From the IMG/VR virus record IMGVR_UViG_3300003873_000005: a stretch of 64,000 nt of DNA, one strand, 5' to 3'. The notes beneath the pieces were generated by a model. The model had not been told where the DNA came from. It was given only the letters and a program-made list of their open reading frames with translations, and made no database searches. The position numbers were made by a program, and so were the translations under genes. Numbering within the stretch: position 1 is the first letter of the stretch; every line of letters starts with the position of its first letter. Origin of the DNA: an uncultured virus (IMG/VR IMGVR_UViG_3300003873_000005) (taxonomy: Duplodnaviria; Heunggongvirae; Uroviricota; Caudoviricetes). Below are positions 1 to 9,236 of the stretch, piece by piece.

Positions 1-2
1 AA

Positions 3-371
3 GAGATTAAATTTAGAGCTTTTGATAAAAGAGAAGAAATTATAGTTGAAGTAGTGACTATTGATTATGACCAAGAGTCTATATCTGCAAGATATGGCGA
101 TGATTTTTATTGGATTGATTTTAAAGATATTGAACTACTGCAATACTCAGTAGTTGTTGATAAAAATGGTGTTGAAATTTATGAGGGTGATATTGTTAAA
201 GGAAATACAAAACATGAGTTTTTAGATAACATATATTTTCATAAAGGAATAGTAGATTTTAAAGATGGTTGTTTTGTTGTTTTAGGGGAAGACGGCAATT
301 ACCACATCTTAAGTGAATTATCTGATTTAGAAATTATCGGAAATATTTATAAAAACAAGGAGTTAAAATGA
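3..371 (+). CDS. YopX-family phage protein (5' end outside the window)
   Basis: Frame is open from base 3: EIKFRAFD...DKNGVEIYEGDIV...EIIGNIY, the typical YopX motifs. Confidence 0.85.
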   Translation, partial: EIKFRAFDKREEIIVEVVTIDYDQESISARYGDDFYWIDFKDIELLQYSVVVDKNGVEIYEGDIVKGNTKHEFLDNIYFHKGIVDFKDGCFVVLGEDGNYHILSELSDLEIIGNIYKNKELK

Positions 372-622
372 CTGTAAAAGAAATGAAAGAAGATATTATT
401 ATACAAGTAAATCCATTTGGTTTTGTGTTATTTAAAGACTATGATTTTAACAGTGGAAAAGAGTATATATTTATAAGTGATTTATATAATACACCGAGTT
501 TAGGAATATCTAAAATCGAAAATAAAAAATTCTTTAAAGTTGAAACTGCTGTAAAATGGATAAAAAAACAAATTAAAGAACATATCAAAGATTTAAAAAT
601 ATCGTTAAATGAGTTAAAATGA
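368..622 (+). CDS. hypothetical phage protein
   Basis: AAGGAG RBS; ATGA overlap with the upstream gene. Confidence 0.7.
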   Translation: MTVKEMKEDIIIQVNPFGFVLFKDYDFNSGKEYIFISDLYNTPSLGISKIENKKFFKVETAVKWIKKQIKEHIKDLKISLNELK

Positions 623-864
623 GTTATGCAGAAGATATGGGATATGATGCTTATGATTGTGAAGATTTTTATAATTCTTCAAATTTTATATCAGAAGATA
701 GCACAACTTGGGAAACAAAAGATGGAGAAATAATAAATATTGTTGATATGGAAAATAGTCATTTAGTTAATACCATAAAACTTTTACAAAGGAAAGGAAC
801 AGTGGTTCCTGAACTTATGTATAAAGAAATTAAAAGACGAAAGTTACATAAGGGGTTAAAGTGA
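619..864 (+). CDS. hypothetical phage protein
   Basis: Translationally coupled; WETKDG..I.DM..SHL.N motif resembles small phage proteins. Confidence 0.7.
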   Translation: MSYAEDMGYDAYDCEDFYNSSNFISEDSTTWETKDGEIINIVDMENSHLVNTIKLLQRKGTVVPELMYKEIKRRKLHKGLK

Positions 865-1175
865 AAATAATAGCAATAGCAACATACCCAAATACACCTA
901 CATGGAATGGGACAAGCAGTTTAAACCAGCAAGTAAATTGTAAACACTTTAAATATTGGAAGCAAAATATGCATTCAGAAGTTTATAAGAAGTTAAACAA
1001 CGGTGAAAAAATTGAGGGTTTTTATAGCTGGGAAGATGGCTGGAATATATCAATAACTTTGCAAAGAGGTATAAAAGTGAAAGAAACATCTATACAAGGC
1101 TATGATGAATTAGTTAGAAATATGATAACTAAAAATATATGTAAATTTAATTCAGAAATAAAGGAGTTAAAGTGA
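861..1175 (+). CDS. hypothetical phage protein
   Basis: GTGA overlap; AAGGGG RBS. Confidence 0.7.
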   Translation: MKIIAIATYPNTPTWNGTSSLNQQVNCKHFKYWKQNMHSEVYKKLNNGEKIEGFYSWEDGWNISITLQRGIKVKETSIQGYDELVRNMITKNICKFNSEIKELK

Positions 1176-1563
1176 TAGACATAAACAAAAAATACAAAAC
1201 AAGGAATGGACAAAAAGTTCGGATATATGCAACTGATGGTGCAGAAGATTATCCTATACATGGAGCTATAAAACAAGCACTGGATGGGAAAATTGGGTGT
1301 GGACTAAAAATGGAAATTCTTTAATTCCAAATGAAGAAAACAAGTATGATTTGATGGAATTTTTTGCTTTCAAAGACAAAGAACCAATATGGTGCTGGGA
1401 TGATGCTGATACCGCATACAGAGCGTTAAGATTCTGGGATGCCAAAAATAATAAAATATTTGATTATTCTGGAGAAAGAACCGGAGTCAAATATACTAAC
1501 TATGCAAGAGTTAAGTACATAGAGAAGTGGATGTTTAAAGCACAAAAACAATTAAAGGATTAA
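1172..1563 (+). pseudogene. phage protein interrupted by a 1-nt frameshift (real or sequencing error)
   Basis: GTG1172 follows AAGGAG and gives MIDINKKYKTRNGQKVRIYATDG..YPIHGAI. One extra A in the A4 run at 1270-1273 joins it to TSTGWENWVWTKNG (ORF 1297-1563). Confidence 0.7.
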
Positions 1564-1763
1564 TGATGAAATATTATATAGATGAATATCCATCTTTTGA
1601 GAATATTAAAGACAAATTAACAAGAGATGATTTACTTGATATTATTGAGTATACTAAAAATATAGAAAAAGCTGATATAAATGAAATTATACAAGATTAT
1701 ATTGAGGATAATTTTGAACCAACTAAAGTTAGGGATATAGATAGGGAAATAGATGAAAGGTAA
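1563..1763 (+). CDS. hypothetical protein
   Basis: Coupled ORF with AAGGA RBS. Confidence 0.6.
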   Translation: MMKYYIDEYPSFENIKDKLTRDDLLDIIEYTKNIEKADINEIIQDYIEDNFEPTKVRDIDREIDER

Positions 1764-2022
1764 ACAAATGACAATTAATGGCTGTGAGTTTATAAAAAGT
1801 ATATTTAGTACACAAAAAGATAGAGATGAAGCTTCAAAATTAATTAGAAGATTAGCATTGCTTCCAATTAAAGTAGTACAACAAGCGTGTTGTGGCTACT
1901 TTTATGACTATAGTGAACTTATAAAAGCGTTGAAAAAATATAACTGTAGAAAAGGTTCAAAATCTTATGAAATTAAAGAAAGGATATTAAATGTAGTTAA
2001 GAAAAATAACCTAAAGTTATAG
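1753..2022 (+). CDS. hypothetical protein
   Basis: Overlapping ORF in an operon-like chain. Confidence 0.6.
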   Translation: MKGKQMTINGCEFIKSIFSTQKDRDEASKLIRRLALLPIKVVQQACCGYFYDYSELIKALKKYNCRKGSKSYEIKERILNVVKKNNLKL

Positions 2023-2129
2023 TAGAAAATTTTGAATTTAGCAAGTCTAAAATTATAGAAATGCTAAGATTAGATTGCCTATTAATTATAAATTTATATA
2101 TATAAGTATAAATTTATAAAGGTGGCTAG

Positions 2130-2714
2130 ATGGCTATAATTACACGGGCAGAAAAGGGAAGTCCTTTGTCTTTTGCAGAATTGGATAATAACTTTATTGA
2201 ATTGAACACAAAAGCTTCTAATGCAGGTAAAGTTGGAACTAAAACTGTAGATGAGACAAATATAGCCACGGGTAGTATATTAGAATATAATGGAATAAAG
2301 CTAGTTTATGTTAAAAATAAACCAAATGTCACATTAAAAGATGATAGTTCTGGAGCTACAATATCATTTAATTTTGCTAAAGAATCTTTTATAGAGGTAA
2401 ATATCACTACAGATGTAATTTTTACGGGGATTAATCTAGAAGCTGGTCATACAGGTAAGATTTTTGTCTATCAAGGTAATTTTGGGGGTCATAGTATTTC
2501 ATTTGATTCCAGTATATTTATACCCGATAGTTCAGAGACTATTCAACCTGAGCAAGGAGGGGAGGATATAACTTGGTATGAATTTAATGTATATTCATCG
2601 AGTATAGTTTTTATAAGAAAAATCGGCTATTATAAGTCTATAACTGTAGCACTCGTTAATAGTAGTGGTGATATAATTGCTATTAATACTTCTGGAGACG
2701 AGTTAGCATTATGA
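2130..2714 (+). CDS. putative virion structural / fibre-associated protein
   Basis: N-terminus RAEKGSPLSFAELDNNF resembles the R..KGSPL...E.D.NF motif of phage fibre and baseplate proteins; beta-rich C-terminus. Confidence 0.6.
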   Translation: MAIITRAEKGSPLSFAELDNNFIELNTKASNAGKVGTKTVDETNIATGSILEYNGIKLVYVKNKPNVTLKDDSSGATISFNFAKESFIEVNITTDVIFTGINLEAGHTGKIFVYQGNFGGHSISFDSSIFIPDSSETIQPEQGGEDITWYEFNVYSSSIVFIRKIGYYKSITVALVNSSGDIIAINTSGDELAL

Positions 2715-2875
2715 GCATAAAAAGGTAGTCAGGTATAAGGACTAAAAATTTAGGAGAAAAATATGGTGATATACGAGCTATTAATACTTCTGGAGACGAG
2801 TTAGCATTATGAGCATAAAAGATAGTCCGGTATATTAAACTGTATAAAGTTAAAAAATTTAGGAGAAAAATATGG
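2666..2875 (+). repeat. about 100-bp tandem duplication of a gene junction
   Basis: 44 nt identical at 2679-2722 and 2777-2820; 23 nt (AAAAATTTAGGAGAAAAATATGG) identical at 2744-2766 and 2853-2875. Confidence 0.9.
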
Positions 2876-4056
2876 CAAAACTATTACCAAATCAATTGGT
2901 AAAAAAAACCACAACACCAAGTAATACTGATGTTGTATTAATACAAGAGCAAAATGTAAAGGAAGTCAAGCAAATAGACTTTGAAACATTTACAAAAGAC
3001 ATATCTGAAAAGTTATCGAGTAGATTTATACCGGAGAATTCTTGGAAAGATATAACAAAAGCCATACCAAAAGACATAATTAACTCTGTTATTACAAGTT
3101 ATGTTAAAAATGGCCAAGAAAGAATATTAATTTTAACCTCTAATAAGTCTGAAGAAACTCAAGTATGGGAGTATAATCTTAGTACTAATAATATAAATAG
3201 AAAAACTACTATGCCTACATCTATTATAGGCTCTAGTGTTATTTATTATAATAATGGAACAGATGATTTAATGTTAACCTTTGGTGGGTCTGCCCAATTT
3301 GGACCTGTTAATGATGTATGGGAATACAATATAACAACAGATACTTGGACCCAAAAAACAAGCGGTGCAACAGCTAGGTATGGTCATACAGCCATACATT
3401 ACAATAATGGAACAGACGATATAATGGTAATTTTTGGTGGTGTCAATGGTGTTCCTACTTATCTTAATGATGTTTGGGAATATAATATAACAACAGACAC
3501 TTGGACTCAAAAGACAAGTGGTGCAACAGCACGTGATAACCAAGCAGCCATATATTACAATAATGGAACAGATGATATAATGGAGATAGTTGGTGGAGCT
3601 GATAGTACTGGAGCTTACCTTAGTGATGTTTGGGAATATAATATAACAACAGACACTTGGACTCAAAAGACAAGTGGTGGTAGTACAACTATTAATCCTA
3701 TAGGAAGTGTTTATTATAATGATGGAACAGATGATATAATGATGGTATTCTATAATATAGATAGTACAGGAGATAATGCTGTTTGGGAGTATAATTTAAC
3801 AACAACTACCTGGACACAAAAAACAGGTTATGCAATAAACACAACTTCATCTAATACAAGCACTACGCTTATTCAAAATAAAACTAAAGTTTTTGTGGTT
3901 TCTTATGCTAATAGTCCTTCTTACTATGAATATGATTTAAGTCTAGATTCTTGGGAAGAAAAACTACCTGTACCATTGAAAGTTTCTGGAGCCACGGCTA
4001 TTTATTATAATAATGGAACAGATGATATAATGACAATATTTGGGGGAGGAAACTAA
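2872..4056 (+). CDS. Kelch-repeat beta-propeller protein, N-terminal half (putative virion adhesin)
   Basis: Repeats of FGG...NDVWEYN..TDTWT; N-terminus resembles phage fibre starts. Confidence 0.85.
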   Translation: MAKLLPNQLVKKTTTPSNTDVVLIQEQNVKEVKQIDFETFTKDISEKLSSRFIPENSWKDITKAIPKDIINSVITSYVKNGQERILILTSNKSEETQVWEYNLSTNNINRKTTMPTSIIGSSVIYYNNGTDDLMLTFGGSAQFGPVNDVWEYNITTDTWTQKTSGATARYGHTAIHYNNGTDDIMVIFGGVNGVPTYLNDVWEYNITTDTWTQKTSGATARDNQAAIYYNNGTDDIMEIVGGADSTGAYLSDVWEYNITTDTWTQKTSGGSTTINPIGSVYYNDGTDDIMMVFYNIDSTGDNAVWEYNLTTTTWTQKTGYAINTTSSNTSTTLIQNKTKVFVVSYANSPSYYEYDLSLDSWEEKLPVPLKVSGATAIYYNNGTDDIMTIFGGGN

Positions 4057-4057
4057 A

Positions 4058-5110
4058 ATGGCAGGAAGGGCTTCACTAGTAACATTTAATGATGATGTTT
4101 GGGAATATAATATAACTAAGGCTATTTGGACCAAAAAAACAAATGGTGCAACAGCTCGAGAGGACCATACGGCTATTCACTATAATAATGGAACAGATGA
4201 TATAATGACAATATTTGGTGGGAGTGGTATTAGTGGTTACCTTAATGACGTTTGGGACTATAATCTAACAAAAGATACTTGGACCCAAAAAACAAGCGGT
4301 GCAACAGCTCGAGAGGATCATACTGCTATTCATTATAATAATGGAACAGACGATATAATGGTAATTTTTGGCGGTTATGACAATAATTATACTACTTTAA
4401 ATGATGTTTGGGAATATAATATAACAACAGACACTTGGACTCAAAAGACAAGTGGTGCAACAGCCAGATATGGCCATACAGCCATATATTATAATAATGG
4501 AACAGATGACTTAATGGTAATATTTGGTGGTATAGGAACATCTGGATCTAATGAGGTTAAATTTAATGATGTTTGGGAATACAATATAACAACAGATACT
4601 TGGGCCCAAAAAACAAGCGGTGCAGTAGCACGATATTCACAAAAAGTTATTTATTATAACAATGGAGTGAATGATATAATGGTAATTTTTGGTGGTAAAG
4701 ATGCAAATGGTGGTCTTCTTTGGGATATTTGGGAGTATAATATAACTAATGATGCTTGGGCTCAAAAGCCTAATAGTTTGGTAACCACAGATACTTCAGC
4801 AACTATGCTTTATACTACTGATAATATAGTTAAAGCGCTCTTTTTTTGCGCAGAGTATGGAAATAATAGCTTAGTGACTAAAGATAATTCTATTCTTGAG
4901 TATATAGCTTCTGTACCTAAAAAAATGATATCTACTGACAGTATACAAAGTACAATTAAAATGGTTAGTTATAATACTCTTACTGATATTCTAAAACACA
5001 TACTTTCTGGGGGTTTAAACTTACCTACTACAGACCCTGGTATAGAAGGAATGCTCTGGAATAGTCTGGGTGTGGTAAAAGTTAGTGGTAGTAGTAGTAC
5101 GTTTGGATAA
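4058..5110 (+). CDS. Kelch-repeat beta-propeller protein, C-terminal half
   Basis: Same repeats; ATG4058 follows GGAGGA; C-terminal LPTTDPGIEGMLWNSLGVVKVS motif is typical of phage fibre termini. Confidence 0.85.
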   Translation: MAGRASLVTFNDDVWEYNITKAIWTKKTNGATAREDHTAIHYNNGTDDIMTIFGGSGISGYLNDVWDYNLTKDTWTQKTSGATAREDHTAIHYNNGTDDIMVIFGGYDNNYTTLNDVWEYNITTDTWTQKTSGATARYGHTAIYYNNGTDDLMVIFGGIGTSGSNEVKFNDVWEYNITTDTWAQKTSGAVARYSQKVIYYNNGVNDIMVIFGGKDANGGLLWDIWEYNITNDAWAQKPNSLVTTDTSATMLYTTDNIVKALFFCAEYGNNSLVTKDNSILEYIASVPKKMISTDSIQSTIKMVSYNTLTDILKHILSGGLNLPTTDPGIEGMLWNSLGVVKVSGSSSTFG

Positions 5111-5121
5111 TTAGTATAAAT

Positions 5122-5152
5122 AAGATCTCTTAAGCCAAACTTAAGAGATCTT
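5122..5152 (+). terminator. hairpin, probable terminator
   Basis: 13-bp perfect stem AAGATCTCTTAAG-ccaaa-CTTAAGAGATCTT just after the Kelch gene. Confidence 0.7.
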
Positions 5153-5217
5153 TAAAATTATAGGCTCAAGATCCTTAGATTGAATTTGAGATATAATTTT
5201 TATCTAAGGAGTTTAAA

Positions 5218-5388
5218 ATGAACATAGGTAAAAACTACATTATAGAGCAATTAAAACAAGATATAAAAGACCTTGAATTAGAAGGTACAACAACCTATCC
5301 AAATGACAATTTTGATGTATACCTAAATGCAGATTCAAAAGAAGTAATAACTGTGATAGTTTCTGATTTTATAGAATTTAATATCTAG
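5218..5388 (+). CDS. small hypothetical protein (56 aa, not in ORF track)
   Basis: TATAAT and AAGGAG upstream; starts MNIGKNYIIEQLKQDIKDLE. Confidence 0.55.
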   Translation: MNIGKNYIIEQLKQDIKDLELEGTTTYPNDNFDVYLNADSKEVITVIVSDFIEFNI

Positions 5389-5468
5389 TATAAACACATA
5401 ATAAAAAGTTTTCAAGAGCTTTAAAATTAAATATATGAATCACAAAATAAAATAAAGGTATAAAAATA

Positions 5469-5849
5469 ATGCTAGATAAAATTTATACAAGCTATTATGC
5501 TAATATAAAAAAGATTCCAAAAGAATATACTTTAATCTCGATTAGTCGATTTGCACCAAAATGGCTTAGCAATGTCAAAAGTCATGGTAAAATACTCTCA
5601 GATAAAACTTTGGCTCCATTGAGCTCTATATTAACAAAATATAAGAAGGATTACAATGAAAAGGACTATGTAAAAAGTTTTAGTCTACAAATGGAGGGTA
5701 TAGACTGGATAGCGAAAGCTAATCAATTTAATGCTTTAGATGGAGTAGCTGTGCTATTATGTTATGAAAAGCCAGAAGAATTTTGTCATAGACATCTAAT
5801 AGCTAAAGAATTCGAAAAGTGTTTTAGTTTTAAAATAGAGGAGCTGTAG
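5469..5849 (+). CDS. DUF488-like protein
   Basis: YTSYYAN...ISISR..P.W...LAP...LLCYEKP..FCHRHLIA. Confidence 0.75.
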   Translation: MLDKIYTSYYANIKKIPKEYTLISISRFAPKWLSNVKSHGKILSDKTLAPLSSILTKYKKDYNEKDYVKSFSLQMEGIDWIAKANQFNALDGVAVLLCYEKPEEFCHRHLIAKEFEKCFSFKIEEL

Positions 5850-5975
5850 ATGAGCTTACTACCAAAGAGCTTGAGAAAAATTTCAACTTTGAAATTGAGG
5901 AATTATAGATGGGCTTAATATCAAAGAGCTTGAGAAAAACCTTAATTGAGGAAGTATAAAATGGGCTTAATATCA
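5805..5975 (+). repeat. three degenerate 52-59-bp tandem copies of a gene junction
   Basis: CAAAGAGCTTGAGAAAAA at 5863 and 5922; ATGGGCTTAATATCA at 5909 and 5961. Confidence 0.8.
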
Positions 5976-6248
5976 GATATTTATGCACTTAAATATAAAA
6001 GATATACGCATAAAAAGGTCAAGCATAAGAGAGTGTTTAAGGGAACCTATAGACTTAGAGATAAAATAGGTACAATGGGTTTGGTTTATTGGGGTAAGGT
6101 AACCCGTAAAGGCACGCAAGCTATGACATGTATGCTGGAATGTCCAGAATGTAAAGAATTATTTAGGGATTATATGTGGAGAGCAGTAGATAATAAAATA
6201 TCTATGTGTAAAGATTGTAGGAATAAAAATGAAAAATATATTAGATAA
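5961..6248 (+). CDS. hypothetical zinc-ribbon protein
   Basis: CPEC...CKDC; ATG5961 follows GAGGA. Confidence 0.6.
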   Translation: MGLISDIYALKYKRYTHKKVKHKRVFKGTYRLRDKIGTMGLVYWGKVTRKGTQAMTCMLECPECKELFRDYMWRAVDNKISMCKDCRNKNEKYIR

Positions 6249-7112
6249 GAAGACAGGTAAGATAGTTCAAGCTTATGATTTTGGCGGACCGGATGTTATA
6301 AAAGTACAAGATATTTTTGTATATGGTGATAAACATCACAACATGACTAGTTATACAAAAACAGTAGATACTTTAACCTTAGAACCTATAGGTGAGTCTA
6401 TTAGTCTAGCCAAAGGTATCTGGGAGATAGTCTCACGTTCAAATATTAATACCTGTAACTATAGGATTACAATTAAAATAACTTTACTGGTGAGTTAAAA
6501 TCCGGGGTCTATCCATTTAATCTACATGGTAAGGTTTATCAGTTACCCTGTCCAGACGGCTCTGGTGCATGGGTCATGGCCAGCTGTGGTGGTTATTCTA
6601 TTGAGTCATCTTGGTTTGGTCAGCACAATGGAGAATGTTATAGACTAAAGGGTACTGGTGAGATATTAGGTTTTTTTGTACTTAAATGTAATCTAATATT
6701 ACACAGAGATGTCTATATTCCCGCCGGTGATTTATGGCCTAACGATCCAACTGAAAGGGTTAAAGCTCTATGGGCAGAAGTACGGTCCATGTCCATACCC
6801 ACAAATGCTCCAAACTATGTACCTAGTAACTTTAGTCTTAGTGTTTATACAAATAAATTAGGCGATATTTCTCCGTTGGGTTCAGGAACACCAAGTACTT
6901 GTAATTATTTTAAGCTCTATAAAACAAATTTACTAAATACATCTTTTTCAGGTGATCTATCAGATAATGCTAATAATAAATTTAATAATGGTTTTAGAGC
7001 TGTAGTTACTGGGGCCAAAACAAATATACACTTAAGTTTTAAAAATTATACCTGTGATGGTTATTCTGCATACCCAGAATACTCTATTAAGGCCAATATT
7101 ATGTTTAGTTAA
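6229..7112 (+). pseudogene. frameshifted paralog of 20047-20991 (constant N-domain plus variable C-domain)
   Basis: One extra A at 6475-6478 restores KNNFTGELKSGVYPFNLHGKVYQLPCPDG, matching KNSFTGEVKSGVYPFNLQGKVYQLPCPDG in the paralog. Confidence 0.85.
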
Positions 7113-7143
7113 AAAGTTCCATGTTAAATACTTTGTATATAAT
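7111..7143 (+). promoter_or_regulatory. promoter AAG-N13-ACTT-N4-TATAAT
   Basis: AAAAAG-13 nt-ACTT-tgta-TATAAT; same spacing as four other intergenic sites. Confidence 0.7.
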
Positions 7144-7191
7144 TATAATATCAATAAATGATTATTGAAATATAACTCTTAGGAGAAAATT

Positions 7192-7407
7192 ATGAATGTA
7201 TCAAAAGTTGCTGCAATGGCATTGTCAAGTGTAGGAAGTCAAACAGGTGTAAAAAATGTAACTAAACCTTATGATAAAAAGTATAAACAGTCTAAAGCAG
7301 CTGGTATGAGAAGCAAGCAATATCAATTTCCAGATAAAGAAAAGTTAGCTGATGGTAGACACAGATTTTATTTAAAAAATGGTTTTTTAATCCAACGTGG
7401 AGTATAG
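7192..7407 (+). CDS. small basic hypothetical protein
   Basis: Strong AGGAG RBS. Confidence 0.7.
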   Translation: MNVSKVAAMALSSVGSQTGVKNVTKPYDKKYKQSKAAGMRSKQYQFPDKEKLADGRHRFYLKNGFLIQRGV

Positions 7408-7416
7408 AGATTTAAT

Positions 7417-8118
7417 ATGCAAAAGTTATTAAGTGTATATGAGTTAACTAAGCATCTTGATTGTGATTTTAGTTTTACTAAAGAAGAAATGAGAAGGTAT
7501 AAAGATAGTGATATTTATGCCTTCATGTTAGGTAGGAAAATAGCCGGTTCTTTTGGTCCAAAATATAAACCAGATTGGCGAGAGTCAAATACTTTACTAA
7601 GAGGAAAGCAAGTAATTCATAGAACGCTTACTAAAGTACAGCCCATTAGAAAAGACATTTTTAGAAAAGACTGGAGAGAGGATTTTAAGGATGATTATGA
7701 TACCTCTTTAGATTTAAAATTTTATGAAACTAATTATACTAATAGTAAAGCACTTTTACCTTTTAAACGTGTAGTAATAAAAACAAAGATACCCTTAAGT
7801 TATCGTGGTTCAAGTTTTAGGCCTAAACCTGGATTTAATCCTTTGTATACGGCTAGAAAGCAACCTTTTTATTACACTATAGGCGGAATTGACTATTATT
7901 TTGGCTGGTCAAGAGCATTTAATTTTTTAGACGTTACTCAAGTGCTACAAGGTAGAGCAGATTGGCCAGCGAGTATAGAAGTAATCATATTTGATTCAGA
8001 AATAGATAAATCTATCTTAGGAGCTTACCCTATTATAGCTTATTGTTTTAAAAGGAAGATTACCAAACTTACGCAGAAACATTATATAAATTATATTTCT
8101 AAAGTATTCTCTTTATAA
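7417..8118 (+). CDS. hypothetical protein
   Basis: 233-aa ORF; no motif recognised. Confidence 0.7.
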   Translation: MQKLLSVYELTKHLDCDFSFTKEEMRRYKDSDIYAFMLGRKIAGSFGPKYKPDWRESNTLLRGKQVIHRTLTKVQPIRKDIFRKDWREDFKDDYDTSLDLKFYETNYTNSKALLPFKRVVIKTKIPLSYRGSSFRPKPGFNPLYTARKQPFYYTIGGIDYYFGWSRAFNFLDVTQVLQGRADWPASIEVIIFDSEIDKSILGAYPIIAYCFKRKITKLTQKHYINYISKVFSL

Positions 8119-8126
8119 GGTTTATT

Positions 8127-9185
8127 ATGATCGAAACATCTCCAAGAACTCCTTTACCGGTGTTAATACTTACTTTAGATGGTAATACTTACTTGTGGGA
8201 TGGCAATGAACATTTTTATAATGGCAATAAATCTTATTTAGACGGCAATACTGCTCTTTGGAAACCTCAACAGCTTAAATATCTAGATGGTAATAATACC
8301 TGGATAAAGCCTTATATAACACATTTAGAATCTAAATACTTAGAATATCAATATGAAAATAAATTTGTTGAAGCATTTAACTTTGCGCCTAGTTCAGATA
8401 AAATAGTAGCTTCTGAAAGCACTACTAATGACCCAAATTTTGTTATAGATGGATATAAAATTAGCTATAAGACATTACCAATAGACTTATCCAAAGATAT
8501 ACAGTATGTAAATAAGCCAGCAAAATATGGAACAGATGATTTAATAGTAGAAAAAGCAATTAATACAGACCTTATAGTCCTAAAAGCTAAAACTCACGGC
8601 TATTACGTTTGGACTACACAAGATAGCTTTGGTGATTTTAAAATTAACAATGGCTTATTACAGCAGCATATAGATCAAGCTGGTACAGATCATACATTTG
8701 TAAACTTGTTTCCAAAAAATAGACAATATAACTTGATATCTAGGACTCAAAAATTCTACGAGTCTAAAGGTGATTTAATAAGTAATTTTACTAAGACTAC
8801 TGCTGATAGACCATTAGACTTTATAAAAAAAGTTAAAAAAACTAAAATACCAGATATATTAGAAGTAGATAGATTAAAATCTAAGTCATTGACAAATAAA
8901 CTTAAAAGTTTAAATGACCTTTTTTTACAGGCTTGGCCATATAAAACAGTAAATCCTAATGAAATTATTCTAAAAGGCATACTAAAAGAACAATTAAGAT
9001 TATATATACTTTATGATGGACTATTTTATTGGAGTAACTTAAGTTTAGACACTCTTTTAGATAATAATCTTTATAAATATAAAATTGATCATAGGTCTTT
9101 AACTAGTATAAATCAAGTTAAAAACTATGGATCTAAATATATGGCTATAAAAGATTATGCGGTAAAAGGCAATATATTAATTTAA
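8127..9185 (+). CDS. hypothetical protein
   Basis: 352-aa ORF with four N-terminal (L/W)DGN repeats. Confidence 0.7.
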   Translation: MIETSPRTPLPVLILTLDGNTYLWDGNEHFYNGNKSYLDGNTALWKPQQLKYLDGNNTWIKPYITHLESKYLEYQYENKFVEAFNFAPSSDKIVASESTTNDPNFVIDGYKISYKTLPIDLSKDIQYVNKPAKYGTDDLIVEKAINTDLIVLKAKTHGYYVWTTQDSFGDFKINNGLLQQHIDQAGTDHTFVNLFPKNRQYNLISRTQKFYESKGDLISNFTKTTADRPLDFIKKVKKTKIPDILEVDRLKSKSLTNKLKSLNDLFLQAWPYKTVNPNEIILKGILKEQLRLYILYDGLFYWSNLSLDTLLDNNLYKYKIDHRSLTSINQVKNYGSKYMAIKDYAVKGNILI

Positions 9186-9213
9186 GCTTATAATAGTTTA
9201 CTTGTAATATAAT
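9181..9213 (+). promoter_or_regulatory. promoter AAG-N13-ACTT-N4-TATAAT
   Basis: TTTAAG-13 nt-ACTT-gtaa-TATAAT, then AAGGAG RBS. Confidence 0.75.
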
Positions 9214-9236
9214 AAATATAAATAAAGGAGATTAAT

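Noticed and set aside
2872..5110. Diversity-generating retroelement (TR/VR pair) among the Kelch repeats
   Set aside because: Differences are loop replacements and indels rather than adenine-specific substitutions, and no reverse transcriptase is in the window.
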